The notes below the pieces were generated by a model. The model worked only from the letters and a program-made list of their open reading frames with translations, was not told where the DNA came from and made no database searches. From positions 51,099 to 115,098 of the forward strand of contig JAJUJA010000001.1 of assembly GCA_029267355.1 (NCBI GenBank): DNA of 64,000 nt, read 5' to 3'. Origin of the DNA: Elusimicrobiota bacterium. Lineage in GTDB: Bacteria; Elusimicrobiota; Elusimicrobia; Elusimicrobiales; UBA9959. This document shows, one piece after another, positions 1-7,921 of this stretch (positions are counted from its first letter, which is position 1; each line of letters opens with the position of its first letter). Position numbers and translations under genes: made by a program.

Positions 1-1
1 A

Positions 2-220
2 AGCACAGCCACATTGACGGGTCCGCCCTATTATATGACTTCCTCAAATGAGGACGGCACATATACGGCCGAAGTAAGGCAAAGCACAAACCCGGCTTAC
101 AGGGTATATGCTTTTTACACCATTGAAAACGGCTCTTCTTATTCCATAGTATCGTCAACTGTTACAAATGTTCAGGTTTGGGCCGGACAAAATACCACAG
201 GGGTGAATTTTTCATGGTAA
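2..220 (+). CDS. 3' end of a larger ORF entering from upstream (beta-rich C-terminal domain, function unknown)
   Basis: The frame is open from the window edge to TAA at 218-220. The tail ...YRVYAFYTIENGSSYSIVSSTVTNVQVWAGQNTTGVNFSW looks beta-strand-like. The stop overlaps the next start (ATGGTAA). Confidence 0.4.
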   Translation, partial: STATLTGPPYYMTSSNEDGTYTAEVRQSTNPAYRVYAFYTIENGSSYSIVSSTVTNVQVWAGQNTTGVNFSW

Positions 221-717
221 AACATAAGACGGGAAGAAAGGGTTTTACCCTGACTGAAATGATGATGGCGGTGGCCATAATAGGCATACTTTTCGGTGTT
301 GGGGCTCCGATTTTAAATCAGGCTACTAAAAACTTTATAATGTCAAATACAAGACTTGAGCTTCAAACTGAGGCCAGGGCAATAATGTATACAATAACGA
401 GAAACTTGAGGCAAGCCAAAAATTCAACAATAACAATATCAAGATATAACTCTTCGCAGCCCTACTATTCAATGATAACTTTTACAAAACAGGACGGGAA
501 ACAGTATTCATTTTATCAGAAGGACAAACAGCTTATTATGCGCTACTCTTCAATGAACAGGGTATTGAGCAATAATCTGAGATATCTGGCCTTTACGTTT
601 CCCGAAACAAGCGATATGGAAATAATTTCCGTATCCATGACTTTACAGAAAAATATCTATGAAGGGCAGAAAAAGGCGCTTCATATGGCCAGCGAAAAAG
701 TGCGCGTAATGAATTAG
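214..717 (+). CDS. Type IV pilin-like / T2SS pseudopilin with prepilin N-terminal cleavage-methylation motif
   Basis: MVKHKTGRKGFTLTEMMMAVAIIGILFGV matches the classic G|FTLxE + hydrophobic helix motif. The internal ATG at 214 is preferred over the ORF-track start at 178 because it places the motif at the N-terminus. Confidence 0.8.
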   Translation: MVKHKTGRKGFTLTEMMMAVAIIGILFGVGAPILNQATKNFIMSNTRLELQTEARAIMYTITRNLRQAKNSTITISRYNSSQPYYSMITFTKQDGKQYSFYQKDKQLIMRYSSMNRVLSNNLRYLAFTFPETSDMEIISVSMTLQKNIYEGQKKALHMASEKVRVMN

Positions 718-731
718 CGCGAGGCGGTTTT

Positions 732-2129
732 ATGAAAAGAAAGGGAATAATTTTGCCGATAGTCGTTATAAGTTTTGTCTTTCTGGCGCTTGTGGTGCCG
801 CTTTTGGTAAAGCTTGTAATACAGGACAGCAAATCTTCGGTTTCAGACCAAAAAAAATCAGTCGCTTTAAATCTGGCTGAAGCGGCCATTGAAAGAGGTT
901 ACTGGAAAGCCAAAAGCTCAACTTCAACTTTTTCATCAATTATGGACGGCGGCACTCTTTCAGGATATAACTTTGACACAACCTACAATGATATTTCCGG
1001 AGGAGTTTACAGAATAAAGATGTCATCAGGCCCATCTGTTAATCAGATAACCATAATCGGCGAAGGCAAAGACTCGCAAAGTATGGAAACAAGGGCGATA
1101 AAAGCTGTTTTTGAAAATAAAACCATATACAGTCCGCTGATAACCAACGGCAATTTCACATCCAGCCAGTTTTTGGCTGCTTTTTGGGGCTCAATTATGG
1201 CTCAGGGCAATTTTGACCTTACAGACGCCAATGCCGCCAAAAGATATTTCCCGAGAAAATACGCCAAAGGCGTTGTCACCGGCCAGGGCTCTTATACAAG
1301 GGACACAAACGGCACGGCGCCGCCAAACACCGATAATGTTGAATGGTGGTCGCTTTATCAGTATGTACCTGAATTGCCTATTCTTGATTTTGCCGTGCTC
1401 AGGGCTTCAGCAGCCGCTACAAACACCTTAAACCGATATGATTTAAAATCTGTCTATAACGGCTCGCCCTGTAAAACCACCACCGGCCCTCTCGGCGGCA
1501 GCTACAGCATATGCAAAAGGCTCCCTGTTCAGCCCTCAACTTATACGGCTCAGGATGTGGTATGGTATTGGGACGGAGATGTTACTATAGAGGGTTATGA
1601 AGGCTGCTCTGGAAATTGCTCATATTCAGACTGCACAAATCACGGCTTTAAGGGCACTTTGGTGGTAAGAGGCAATATGACCCTGAGATCCGCCGGCTGC
1701 TATAAATTTACCGGTTCTGTTCCGGCTTATGCCTATCTTGACCATTATAAACTGCTTCAAAACACCTATGACACATCAGCATCAAATGAATATCCGGCAG
1801 ACATCGGCTATCAGGTAAACAAAACAACTTTTAATTTCGGCACTGAAACTTTCAGGCCCTGGCCCGGTGAAAGCTCCGGCTGGATACATACCGTGGGCGT
1901 CAGAGGTTTTACTTATGTGGGCGGCACTTTGACCATAGTAGGACCCTCGGGATTTACTGATTTTGTGGGCGCAGTATGGGTTGTGGGAAATGTTTCATCT
2001 TCCGGCGGGTCTGGAACACAGTTTTGCGGGGTATTCTACAACGATAATATCACATTGCCTACTTTGAATGTCGTCCTTTTGAGGAAATCATGGGAAGAAC
2101 AAAGGCCGAGCTCTGCGCCATGGCTTTAA
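732..2129 (+). CDS. Large pilus-associated protein with PilX-N-like N-terminus (minor pilin/tip-like), function unknown
   Basis: It has an N-terminal TM helix (GIILPIVVISFVFLALVVPLLV) followed by SVALNLAEAAIERGYW, which resembles the PilX N-terminal domain. It lies directly downstream of the pseudopilin gene. Confidence 0.5.
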   Translation: MKRKGIILPIVVISFVFLALVVPLLVKLVIQDSKSSVSDQKKSVALNLAEAAIERGYWKAKSSTSTFSSIMDGGTLSGYNFDTTYNDISGGVYRIKMSSGPSVNQITIIGEGKDSQSMETRAIKAVFENKTIYSPLITNGNFTSSQFLAAFWGSIMAQGNFDLTDANAAKRYFPRKYAKGVVTGQGSYTRDTNGTAPPNTDNVEWWSLYQYVPELPILDFAVLRASAAATNTLNRYDLKSVYNGSPCKTTTGPLGGSYSICKRLPVQPSTYTAQDVVWYWDGDVTIEGYEGCSGNCSYSDCTNHGFKGTLVVRGNMTLRSAGCYKFTGSVPAYAYLDHYKLLQNTYDTSASNEYPADIGYQVNKTTFNFGTETFRPWPGESSGWIHTVGVRGFTYVGGTLTIVGPSGFTDFVGAVWVVGNVSSSGGSGTQFCGVFYNDNITLPTLNVVLLRKSWEEQRPSSAPWL

Positions 2130-2130
2130 A

Positions 2131-3246
2131 CTAAAACTTCGGCAAAGCGGACGCGGAATATCTGGAAAAATATTCTATGTAAAAGGTATAATCTCCGTCT
2201 TTCTTTATTATCCCCTTGCCTACAGGGTAAAGCCCGGCTTGAAAGAATTTAGCGAACTTTTCTTCCATCGCTTTTTCGGCCTGGCTTTCAAAAGTGAAAT
2301 TTTCAGGATTAAAATATTTTTTGATTTCGTATTCAGGTAAATTTTTCTCTTTCAGATATATGTTCTTGACGGCATAATCCATTAAAAATGTCCAGTCATT
2401 TTCTTTTTGAACGGCGTAAACGGCCAGCGGAAATATTTCCCCGGGCAGATTAGAAATTATTTTTTTCCCCTCGCGCAAAGCGTCTTTTTCAAAGGCGTAA
2501 AGAGAGGGCGATCCATACGTTCTTATTGAATATTCCGGCCTTACGGTTTTATATTTATCGCTCTTGTAAAAATACTCAGCTTCAACCTTCCATTTGCCGT
2601 CTTTTTCAACAGGTCTGGCGGCAAAGGCGGCGAAGCCGGCATTTTTAAGTTTATTCAGCAAGACCTGAGAATTTTTCGCCGCTTCGCTTTCAAAAGTAAA
2701 TTCTCCAAGTTCTGTTTTGCCAAGGACAGCATAATAAACAGGACTTTTTCTAAGCATATTTTTGACATAGTATAAGATTGAAAATGAATAATTCTCTCCC
2801 TCAATAATGGAAGTCTCCAGATTTTTTAAAGGAGATGCCGAGAAAAAATTTTCGCTTTCCCCGGCGGCGCTTGATGCCAGAGAACGGTTCCAGTACGAGG
2901 CCGGAGATTCGTATTTTTTCAAAATTAGCGAAGCCATTTTCTCCTCATTCTCCAGAGCGGGCAAATATTCTATGGAAAAGCCGTAATCTGAATCCTTTTC
3001 AAAGACATTAACCCCTATAACCCTCACGCCCAGACTTTCAAAAAGCGCCGACATATCCGCTCCCACTTGTCTGGCCTGTTTTTCAAAGGCGTAAAGTTTG
3101 GCGCTTTTGTATACGGCTATCTCTTCTCTTTCAACCGGCGATGAAGGCTCAAGTATATTTGAAGGCTTTAAATCTTCCTTTTTTATGGAAATTTCGCCGG
3201 CAAAGCCCAAAGAAACCGAAAGAATGAGCATAGAAACAATATTCAT
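2131..3246 (-). CDS. Secreted protein built from five ~55-70-aa repeats (uncharacterised family, paralog at 37728-38744)
   Basis: Signal peptide MNIVSMLILSVSLGFAGE. The repeat signature recurs, for example LYAFEKQARQ...DSDYGFSIEY, FTFESEAAKN...DGKWKVEAEY, LYAFEKDALRE...ENDWTFLMDY and FTFESQAEKA...DGDYTFYIEY. Confidence 0.7.
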   Translation of the reverse strand: MNIVSMLILSVSLGFAGEISIKKEDLKPSNILEPSSPVEREEIAVYKSAKLYAFEKQARQVGADMSALFESLGVRVIGVNVFEKDSDYGFSIEYLPALENEEKMASLILKKYESPASYWNRSLASSAAGESENFFSASPLKNLETSIIEGENYSFSILYYVKNMLRKSPVYYAVLGKTELGEFTFESEAAKNSQVLLNKLKNAGFAAFAARPVEKDGKWKVEAEYFYKSDKYKTVRPEYSIRTYGSPSLYAFEKDALREGKKIISNLPGEIFPLAVYAVQKENDWTFLMDYAVKNIYLKEKNLPEYEIKKYFNPENFTFESQAEKAMEEKFAKFFQAGLYPVGKGIIKKDGDYTFYIEYFSRYSASALPKF

Positions 3247-3264
3247 TTTAATCTCCTATTAAAA

Positions 3265-4308
3265 CTAAAATATACCATTTTTCTGTCCGCTCTTTAAGGG
3301 CCGGAAGTTCATGGCCTTTCTGGAGCAAAGGGCTATGAAACAAAAATATTCATCCGGTTTTGAAGCGTTCCGTTTTACATAATCAAAGCCTGGGCAATAG
3401 GAGCAATAATCCGAGAGTCTGCAGTCAAGACATTTTGCGGGCCTTATATAAAGCATTTTTCTGAAATTTTCAGCTTTTTCGCTTTTCCATAGAGAAGAAA
3501 AATCTTTTTTAAGCAAATTTCCAAAACTGCAAGGGAACTGAATGCAGGGATAAAGCTCGCCGTATGGATTTACAGCCGCGGTATTAAAACCGGCGGAACA
3601 AAGAGGGAATTTATCGGAGGAATGAAAATCAAAAGGTCTGTCAGCACGGTTTTCTCTCATCACAAGCTTTTCTATATCCCTTTTTTTCGCCCTTACATAA
3701 GACGGCAAACAGTTCCCGTCATTTTTCGGAGAAAGCAGCGGGTCTGCCGCGAAAGAAAAGCCGTTTTTCAGGGCGGTTTCCTTGACAAAATAAGGTCCTT
3801 TAGGATTCAGGCCTGTAAGCGGCGTTTTAAGTTTTATCTTGAAACCGAGGGCTTTGGCAAGCTCTAAATTTTTCATTGTCAGGCGGTAGGTTCCCGCGGT
3901 TTTGGTTACAGCTTCATGCTCTTTTTGAGCTCCGTAAAGACTTACTTCAAGTTTTTTAAGACCGCTTTCTTTGAGTTTTTTCAAAAGATGATAATTTGCT
4001 GTTACAAGCGAGGTATAAACTGAAAAATCAATATTCAATTTTTTGGCGGCAAGGCAGATTTCAGGGAGATCTTTTCTTAAAAGCGGCTCTCCGCCGGTAA
4101 AGGCCGCGCTCATAGCTCCAGCTTTTTTTAAGATTTCCAGAACTCTAACCGCCTGCCCGGCCGTAAGCATTTTTTTGCCTTTTGCATTTTTTTCGGTCAA
4201 ATAACAGTGGGCGCAGGAAAGCGGACAATCATAAGTCAGCTCAAAAGTGACTGAAAGAGGTATTCTTTTTTTTATGGAAATGATGTTAAGAGCTGCCGAT
4301 GGGTTCAT
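3265..4308 (-). CDS. Radical SAM/SPASM-domain peptide-modifying enzyme
   Basis: CX3CX2C motif in FELTYDCPLSCAHCY, GGEPLL, and C-terminal Cys clusters (CSAGFN, CIQFPC, CLDCRLSDYCSYCPG) typical of SPASM auxiliary Fe-S sites. Confidence 0.9.
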   Translation of the reverse strand: MNPSAALNIISIKKRIPLSVTFELTYDCPLSCAHCYLTEKNAKGKKMLTAGQAVRVLEILKKAGAMSAAFTGGEPLLRKDLPEICLAAKKLNIDFSVYTSLVTANYHLLKKLKESGLKKLEVSLYGAQKEHEAVTKTAGTYRLTMKNLELAKALGFKIKLKTPLTGLNPKGPYFVKETALKNGFSFAADPLLSPKNDGNCLPSYVRAKKRDIEKLVMRENRADRPFDFHSSDKFPLCSAGFNTAAVNPYGELYPCIQFPCSFGNLLKKDFSSLWKSEKAENFRKMLYIRPAKCLDCRLSDYCSYCPGFDYVKRNASKPDEYFCFIALCSRKAMNFRPLKSGQKNGIF

Positions 4309-4688
4309 CTTTTAATCAGGAAATTTTTCAAGGCGCGAAGAGGATAAAAAACAGAACCGGCGAATGGTACGGCGGCTCTTTTTTCAGCCGGAATATATTT
4401 AATCTGCCTGAAGCTTACAAAATGCTGCGGCAAATCGTCTGAATTGCCGAAATAAAAACCGTCTTCAGTCTTTTCTTTTATTTCATGCAAATAAAGCCCG
4501 CCATCCATCTCATAGACGGCGCAATCTCCCGGCTTAAGAGAAGCCGGGTCAAAATCTGTTTCGCAAAAAACAAATTCACCTTCTTTATAAACCGGCTTCA
4601 TGCTTGAGCCTTTAAGCTTCACCGCTTTTATCACGACCTTTTCCTTAAAGTTCTGCAGGCCAGCTGATTGGTGGGGCCAGTCTGGCAT
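4305..4688 (-). CDS. S24/S26-family (LexA/signal-peptidase-like) serine peptidase-like protein
   Basis: KGSSMKPVYKEGEFV resembles the G-(D/S)-S-M-x-P nucleophile motif. A downstream LHEIKEK...GNSDD resembles the Lys box and GDN box. ATGA overlap with the rSAM gene. Confidence 0.55.
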   Translation of the reverse strand: MPDWPHQSAGLQNFKEKVVIKAVKLKGSSMKPVYKEGEFVFCETDFDPASLKPGDCAVYEMDGGLYLHEIKEKTEDGFYFGNSDDLPQHFVSFRQIKYIPAEKRAAVPFAGSVFYPLRALKNFLIKR

Positions 4689-4764
4689 TTCCCGCAGGCC
4701 AGAGCGGCGGTTTCAAAAATTTTATCCGTCTTTATCAGCGGCTTCTCGTATTTTTTTCTTTTCT

Positions 4765-5013
4765 TCATATTATCCCTTTTTCAGACATAACGGACATAAA
4801 CTCTTCTATATCTCCCAATGCCGTTTTTTTGTCAACCTCATATTCCATGCACATTTTCTCGGCTATTTCCTCTTTTTTCTTTCCTTTCAGCATCTGGGAA
4901 AAAATAAAGCCTGCGGTTTCATTAAGACTGTGAAGCTTTTCTCTTTTTGAGTCCAAAAGAAAATATGTATTTGAAAACTTTCTCACTATCAGATCTTCGG
5001 ACACTTTTTTCAT
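4765..5013 (-). CDS. PqqD-family protein (RiPP recognition element-like)
   Basis: An 82-aa protein. The pattern ...YFLLDSKREKLHSLNETAGFIFSQMLKGKKKEEIAEKMCMEYEVDKKTALGDIEEFMSVMSEKGII matches the PqqD winged-helix pattern, and it is adjacent to the rSAM/SPASM gene. Confidence 0.75.
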   Translation of the reverse strand: MKKVSEDLIVRKFSNTYFLLDSKREKLHSLNETAGFIFSQMLKGKKKEEIAEKMCMEYEVDKKTALGDIEEFMSVMSEKGII

Positions 5014-5021
5014 TTAAGATA

Positions 5022-5786
5022 TTATAATAATTTAACGAAGGAATTGTCTTTTTTGGAGAAAAATAGAATCTTCGGCCTTAAAATTTTGAAAATTGAACAG
5101 GCGGCGCCTGATGCGGCGGAGGCGGCCGTTTTATTCTTTGAAAAAATCATTGAGCATCTTAAAAATTGTTTATAAAAAAAGCTGAATTCAGCTCTTTTTT
5201 TAAAATTTTCAGCGGATTTTTCAATCAAAAAAATTGATTTCGCCTCTCCCCGTGCATACTCTCCTTTTCCTTTCATCTCTCCCCAAAACGGAGAGGAATA
5301 AGCAAGAACCTTCCCTGCCTGCGCCTTTATATAAAAAAGCTCATCGCTTAAAATTTTAAAACCGCTTTTTGAAAGAATTGATGATATTGTGCTCTTGCCC
5401 GCGCCGGATTTGCCGAGAAAAACAAAGAAATCGCCTTTTCTTTCAGCCAGGGCGCCATGCATAAGAAATATTGATTCCTTTGAAAAAAGGAAAGATGAAA
5501 AAATACGCAAAAAAGAGTCAAAGGAGTATATTGAAGGCCTTGTTTCAAGAAAACCCTTTCTCCCGCGTAAATCAAAATTGAAATCTCCCCTTTCTACTCT
5601 TATGAGGCGGCCGCTTTTTATCCTTACATTTGAAGGATTTATTTTAAGCGGACAGGTTTTAACCTTCACTCTGAAATCAGCTTCGGCCCGTGAAAAAAAA
5701 CCTTTATATCTTTTTTTGCAGGCAGAGAGAAGTTTTCTGTTTTCAATATCAAACTCAATAACAGTTTCAGCCAGCTTTATCTTCAT
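5022..5786 (-). CDS. HPr kinase C-terminal-domain-like (HprK-related) kinase
   Basis: P-loop FVFLGKSGAGKSTISSIL followed by LSDEL, as in the HprK/P C-terminal domain. It sits in an operon with PqqD and rSAM/SPASM genes, as in GeoRSP-type systems. Confidence 0.75.
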   Translation of the reverse strand: MKIKLAETVIEFDIENRKLLSACKKRYKGFFSRAEADFRVKVKTCPLKINPSNVRIKSGRLIRVERGDFNFDLRGRKGFLETRPSIYSFDSFLRIFSSFLFSKESIFLMHGALAERKGDFFVFLGKSGAGKSTISSILSKSGFKILSDELFYIKAQAGKVLAYSSPFWGEMKGKGEYARGEAKSIFLIEKSAENFKKRAEFSFFYKQFLRCSMIFSKNKTAASAASGAACSIFKILRPKILFFSKKDNSFVKLL

Positions 5787-6358
5787 TAAGGATAGAATAT
5801 GTCAAGTTCGGCGGGTTTTTCTTCCTGCTTTTCTTTTTGAGTTTCAGGCTCTTTAGCGGCAGGCGCCGGTTCCTGCTTTTCCGTCCGCTTATCGCCCGCG
5901 GCTGCGGGAGAAGCCGAAGCCCCCTGTTTTTTCTTTCTGATAACTTTCTTTTTCTTTTCGCCGCCGCCCTGCTGCGCATTATCCTGGGCAGCTTCCCTCT
6001 TTTTCGGCTTTCGCATCTCTTCAAATTTAATTTTTTGGGCATCATCTAAAAACGGAATCACTGTTTCAGGAAGGGATTTATATATTTCTTCCATCTCCAA
6101 AGCCATAGGTTCCATCTCTTTTTTTATTTTTTCTATTTCCGCTTCTTTCTTTGAATACTTGGAATTGACCTTATCGAACTGCGCAGTTTTTTTCTCCACA
6201 GCTTTTCTTATCTTTTCCTGCTGCTGAGGCGAGAGTTCAAGCTTGCCGGCGAGAAAATCCGTTATTCCCTGCGGATCAGGGCGGTGAAATTTCTTATCCT
6301 GTGAATAAACTGTAAGGCAAAAAAATGTTAAAAAAGCGAGAAGAGCTGTGTTTTTCAT
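5786..6358 (-). CDS. Secreted Spy/CpxP-like coiled-coil protein with Lys/Glu-rich tail
   Basis: The internal start at 6358 gives signal peptide MKNTALLAFLTFFCLTVYSQD. LSPQQQEKIRK is an LTxxQ-like motif. The stop overlaps the kinase start (TAATG at 5784-5788). Confidence 0.5.
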   Translation of the reverse strand: MKNTALLAFLTFFCLTVYSQDKKFHRPDPQGITDFLAGKLELSPQQQEKIRKAVEKKTAQFDKVNSKYSKKEAEIEKIKKEMEPMALEMEEIYKSLPETVIPFLDDAQKIKFEEMRKPKKREAAQDNAQQGGGEKKKKVIRKKKQGASASPAAAGDKRTEKQEPAPAAKEPETQKEKQEEKPAELDIFYP

Positions 6359-6420
6359 ATCAGATATTTTACGATATTGGTGTTTCCTTTGTATTAAATT
6401 CTTGTTAAAAATGGGGAAAT

Positions 6421-6450
6421 AAAAAGCCCCGCCGTGAAGCGGGGCCTTTT
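6421..6450 (-). terminator. Rho-independent terminator after the C11 peptidase gene
   Basis: GCCCCGC / GCGGGGC stem (6426-6432 / 6439-6445), followed on the minus strand by CTTTTTATTT. Confidence 0.6.
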
Positions 6451-6467
6451 GCTTAAATCTCAAGCCC

Positions 6468-7751
6468 TTACGGAGCCTGATACCACTTTATGAATTCATC
6501 CCAGTTGGAATACTTGGCCCAGGCAAGTTCATCATAACCTGATCCAAGACCGCTGGAAGGCATATATATAGCGACGCCGTGAGAATCCTCGTAAGAAACA
6601 GGTCCCCACCAGCCGCCCTCAGAATTATTTGTTCTGTTATGGGCCACAAGCTTGTCCTTTATGAAGGTCATAAGCGCCTGTCCTTTGGCCTTAACATCGG
6701 CATTCTGAGTTTTGGCTACCACAAGCTGAGCGAAATGATAAAGGTCTTTATTTTCGCTTATGGCATAGCTTTGTGCCTGATTCATAGCATCCTTTACGAC
6801 CTGTTTTTCGCCGCTTTGGCTTAAGGCATAGGCAAATTCATTGACAGCTTTCAAGAAGTCATCTATCTTATCTGCTCTCACATATGCCTGAGTTGAGCCC
6901 TCGCCTATATCTCTGTAATGATCGCTGTAAGCGTCCACAGCAGTTTTGGCCAGTTCAGCCGGACCCATGGCAGGCTTGGCTATAAGAGGAGCAAGAAACG
7001 TATTATACGTATAACCATCTCCCGGCTCTGTCTCTTCTGAACCGACTATATAAGTGGCTGAGTCTTTTATCTCGTATATGACCTCGGCCATAGCCATCAA
7101 GCAGGCGTCCGAGCCGTAAACATCAACCTTTCCGGCTTCTTTCAAAGCCATTCCGAGCTGAGGCGTGTTCATATGATGGCCTGTGGCTTCGTCATATGAA
7201 ATACCTTTCGTGGCCCTTGTCATGCCTTTTTCCCAGCCGGAGCCGTGATTCCAGACTATGAGCATATACTTCTTGGCAGGATAATTTTTCTTAGCCCATT
7301 TGACGAAATCGGCCAGATTCTTATAATCGCCCATATCTCTCTCACCCATTTCCTGAACCACAGGCGAGTTTATTATATTGGTGTCATTATCCTTTTGTAT
7401 CAGAAATCTCTTTACGCCCGTCCAATCGCCGTTAGATGAATCATAGCCCTTTATTCTTCCCATTTCCACGACTATATTCACCATATCGGAAGAACCGACC
7501 ATTTCCATTTCATTCATGTCCTTAATGCCGAATCTTTCAAGGTCATTCTTGGCATTAAGAAAAACCATGACGGTCCATTCCTTCTGGGCTTTGAACAGGG
7601 ATTTGTCGTCAAGTTGAGGAACAGGAATACTTTCCACATTCTTTATCTCTTCCGACAAGTTGACCGGCTTTCCATTATCAAAGTTAACTTCAGCTTTGAC
7701 GAATGAAGCGGTCAGAAGCAGCGCTGACAATACTTTTATGCTGTTTAGCAT
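6468..7751 (-). CDS. Clostripain-family (C11) cysteine peptidase, secreted, paralog 1
   Basis: Signal peptide. EWTVMVFLNAKNDLE, catalytic His in LIVWNHGSGW, catalytic Cys in GSDACLMAMAEV. The ATG at 7751 lies 5 nt after AGGAGG, whereas the TTG at 7754 is too close to it. Confidence 0.9.
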   Translation of the reverse strand: MLNSIKVLSALLLTASFVKAEVNFDNGKPVNLSEEIKNVESIPVPQLDDKSLFKAQKEWTVMVFLNAKNDLERFGIKDMNEMEMVGSSDMVNIVVEMGRIKGYDSSNGDWTGVKRFLIQKDNDTNIINSPVVQEMGERDMGDYKNLADFVKWAKKNYPAKKYMLIVWNHGSGWEKGMTRATKGISYDEATGHHMNTPQLGMALKEAGKVDVYGSDACLMAMAEVIYEIKDSATYIVGSEETEPGDGYTYNTFLAPLIAKPAMGPAELAKTAVDAYSDHYRDIGEGSTQAYVRADKIDDFLKAVNEFAYALSQSGEKQVVKDAMNQAQSYAISENKDLYHFAQLVVAKTQNADVKAKGQALMTFIKDKLVAHNRTNNSEGGWWGPVSYEDSHGVAIYMPSSGLGSGYDELAWAKYSNWDEFIKWYQAP

Positions 7752-7781
7752 CAATACCTCCTGTTTAACTTCGTTCTTGAA

Positions 7782-7809
7782 ATTTTACCATTTATATGAC
7801 ATAAATCAA
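7782..7809 (-). promoter_or_regulatory. Sigma-70-type promoter for C11 paralog 1
   Basis: On the minus strand: TTGATT-N16-TAAAAT, preceded by an extended -10 TG (TGgTAAAAT). Confidence 0.45.
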
Positions 7810-7820
7810 CAACTTTTAGT

Positions 7821-7836
7821 CCTATATGGATATAGG
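7821..7836. promoter_or_regulatory. Perfect palindrome between the divergent C11 promoters (candidate operator)
   Basis: CCTATAT-GG-ATATAGG lies between the two -35 elements (7804-7809 and 7871-7876). Confidence 0.35.
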
Positions 7837-7870
7837 TCCCGAGGCCTATTGAAAAATGAGCAATAAGCTC

Positions 7871-7898
7871 TTGACATGTAAACATTTCCTGCTAAACT
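7871..7898 (+). promoter_or_regulatory. Sigma-70-type promoter for C11 paralog 2
   Basis: TTGACA-N16-TAAACT with an extended -10 TG (TGcTAAACT). It is followed by AGGAGG and the ATG at 7922. Confidence 0.5.
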
Positions 7899-7921
7899 AT
7901 ATGGGTAGCTCAGGAGGTTAT

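Noticed and set aside
5767-6045. A 92-aa Lys/Arg-rich ORF, together with a purine-rich low-complexity DNA stretch at about 5790-6010 that could be mistaken for a tandem repeat.
   Set aside because: It is an alternative frame of the Lys/Glu-rich tail of the 5786-6358 gene. The DNA bias comes from AAA/GAA codon runs, not from a unit repeat.
7856-7921. N-terminal extensions suggested by the ORF track. They are 7856 for C11-2, 178 for the pseudopilin, 6463 for the Spy-like gene, 37709 for motA, 26402 for DUF2892, 51919 for the methyltransferase and 30587 for fliR.
   Set aside because: In each case an internal ATG is preceded by a GGAGG-type SD, or places a signal peptide or prepilin motif at the N-terminus. 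The extensions also overlap promoter elements or upstream genes.
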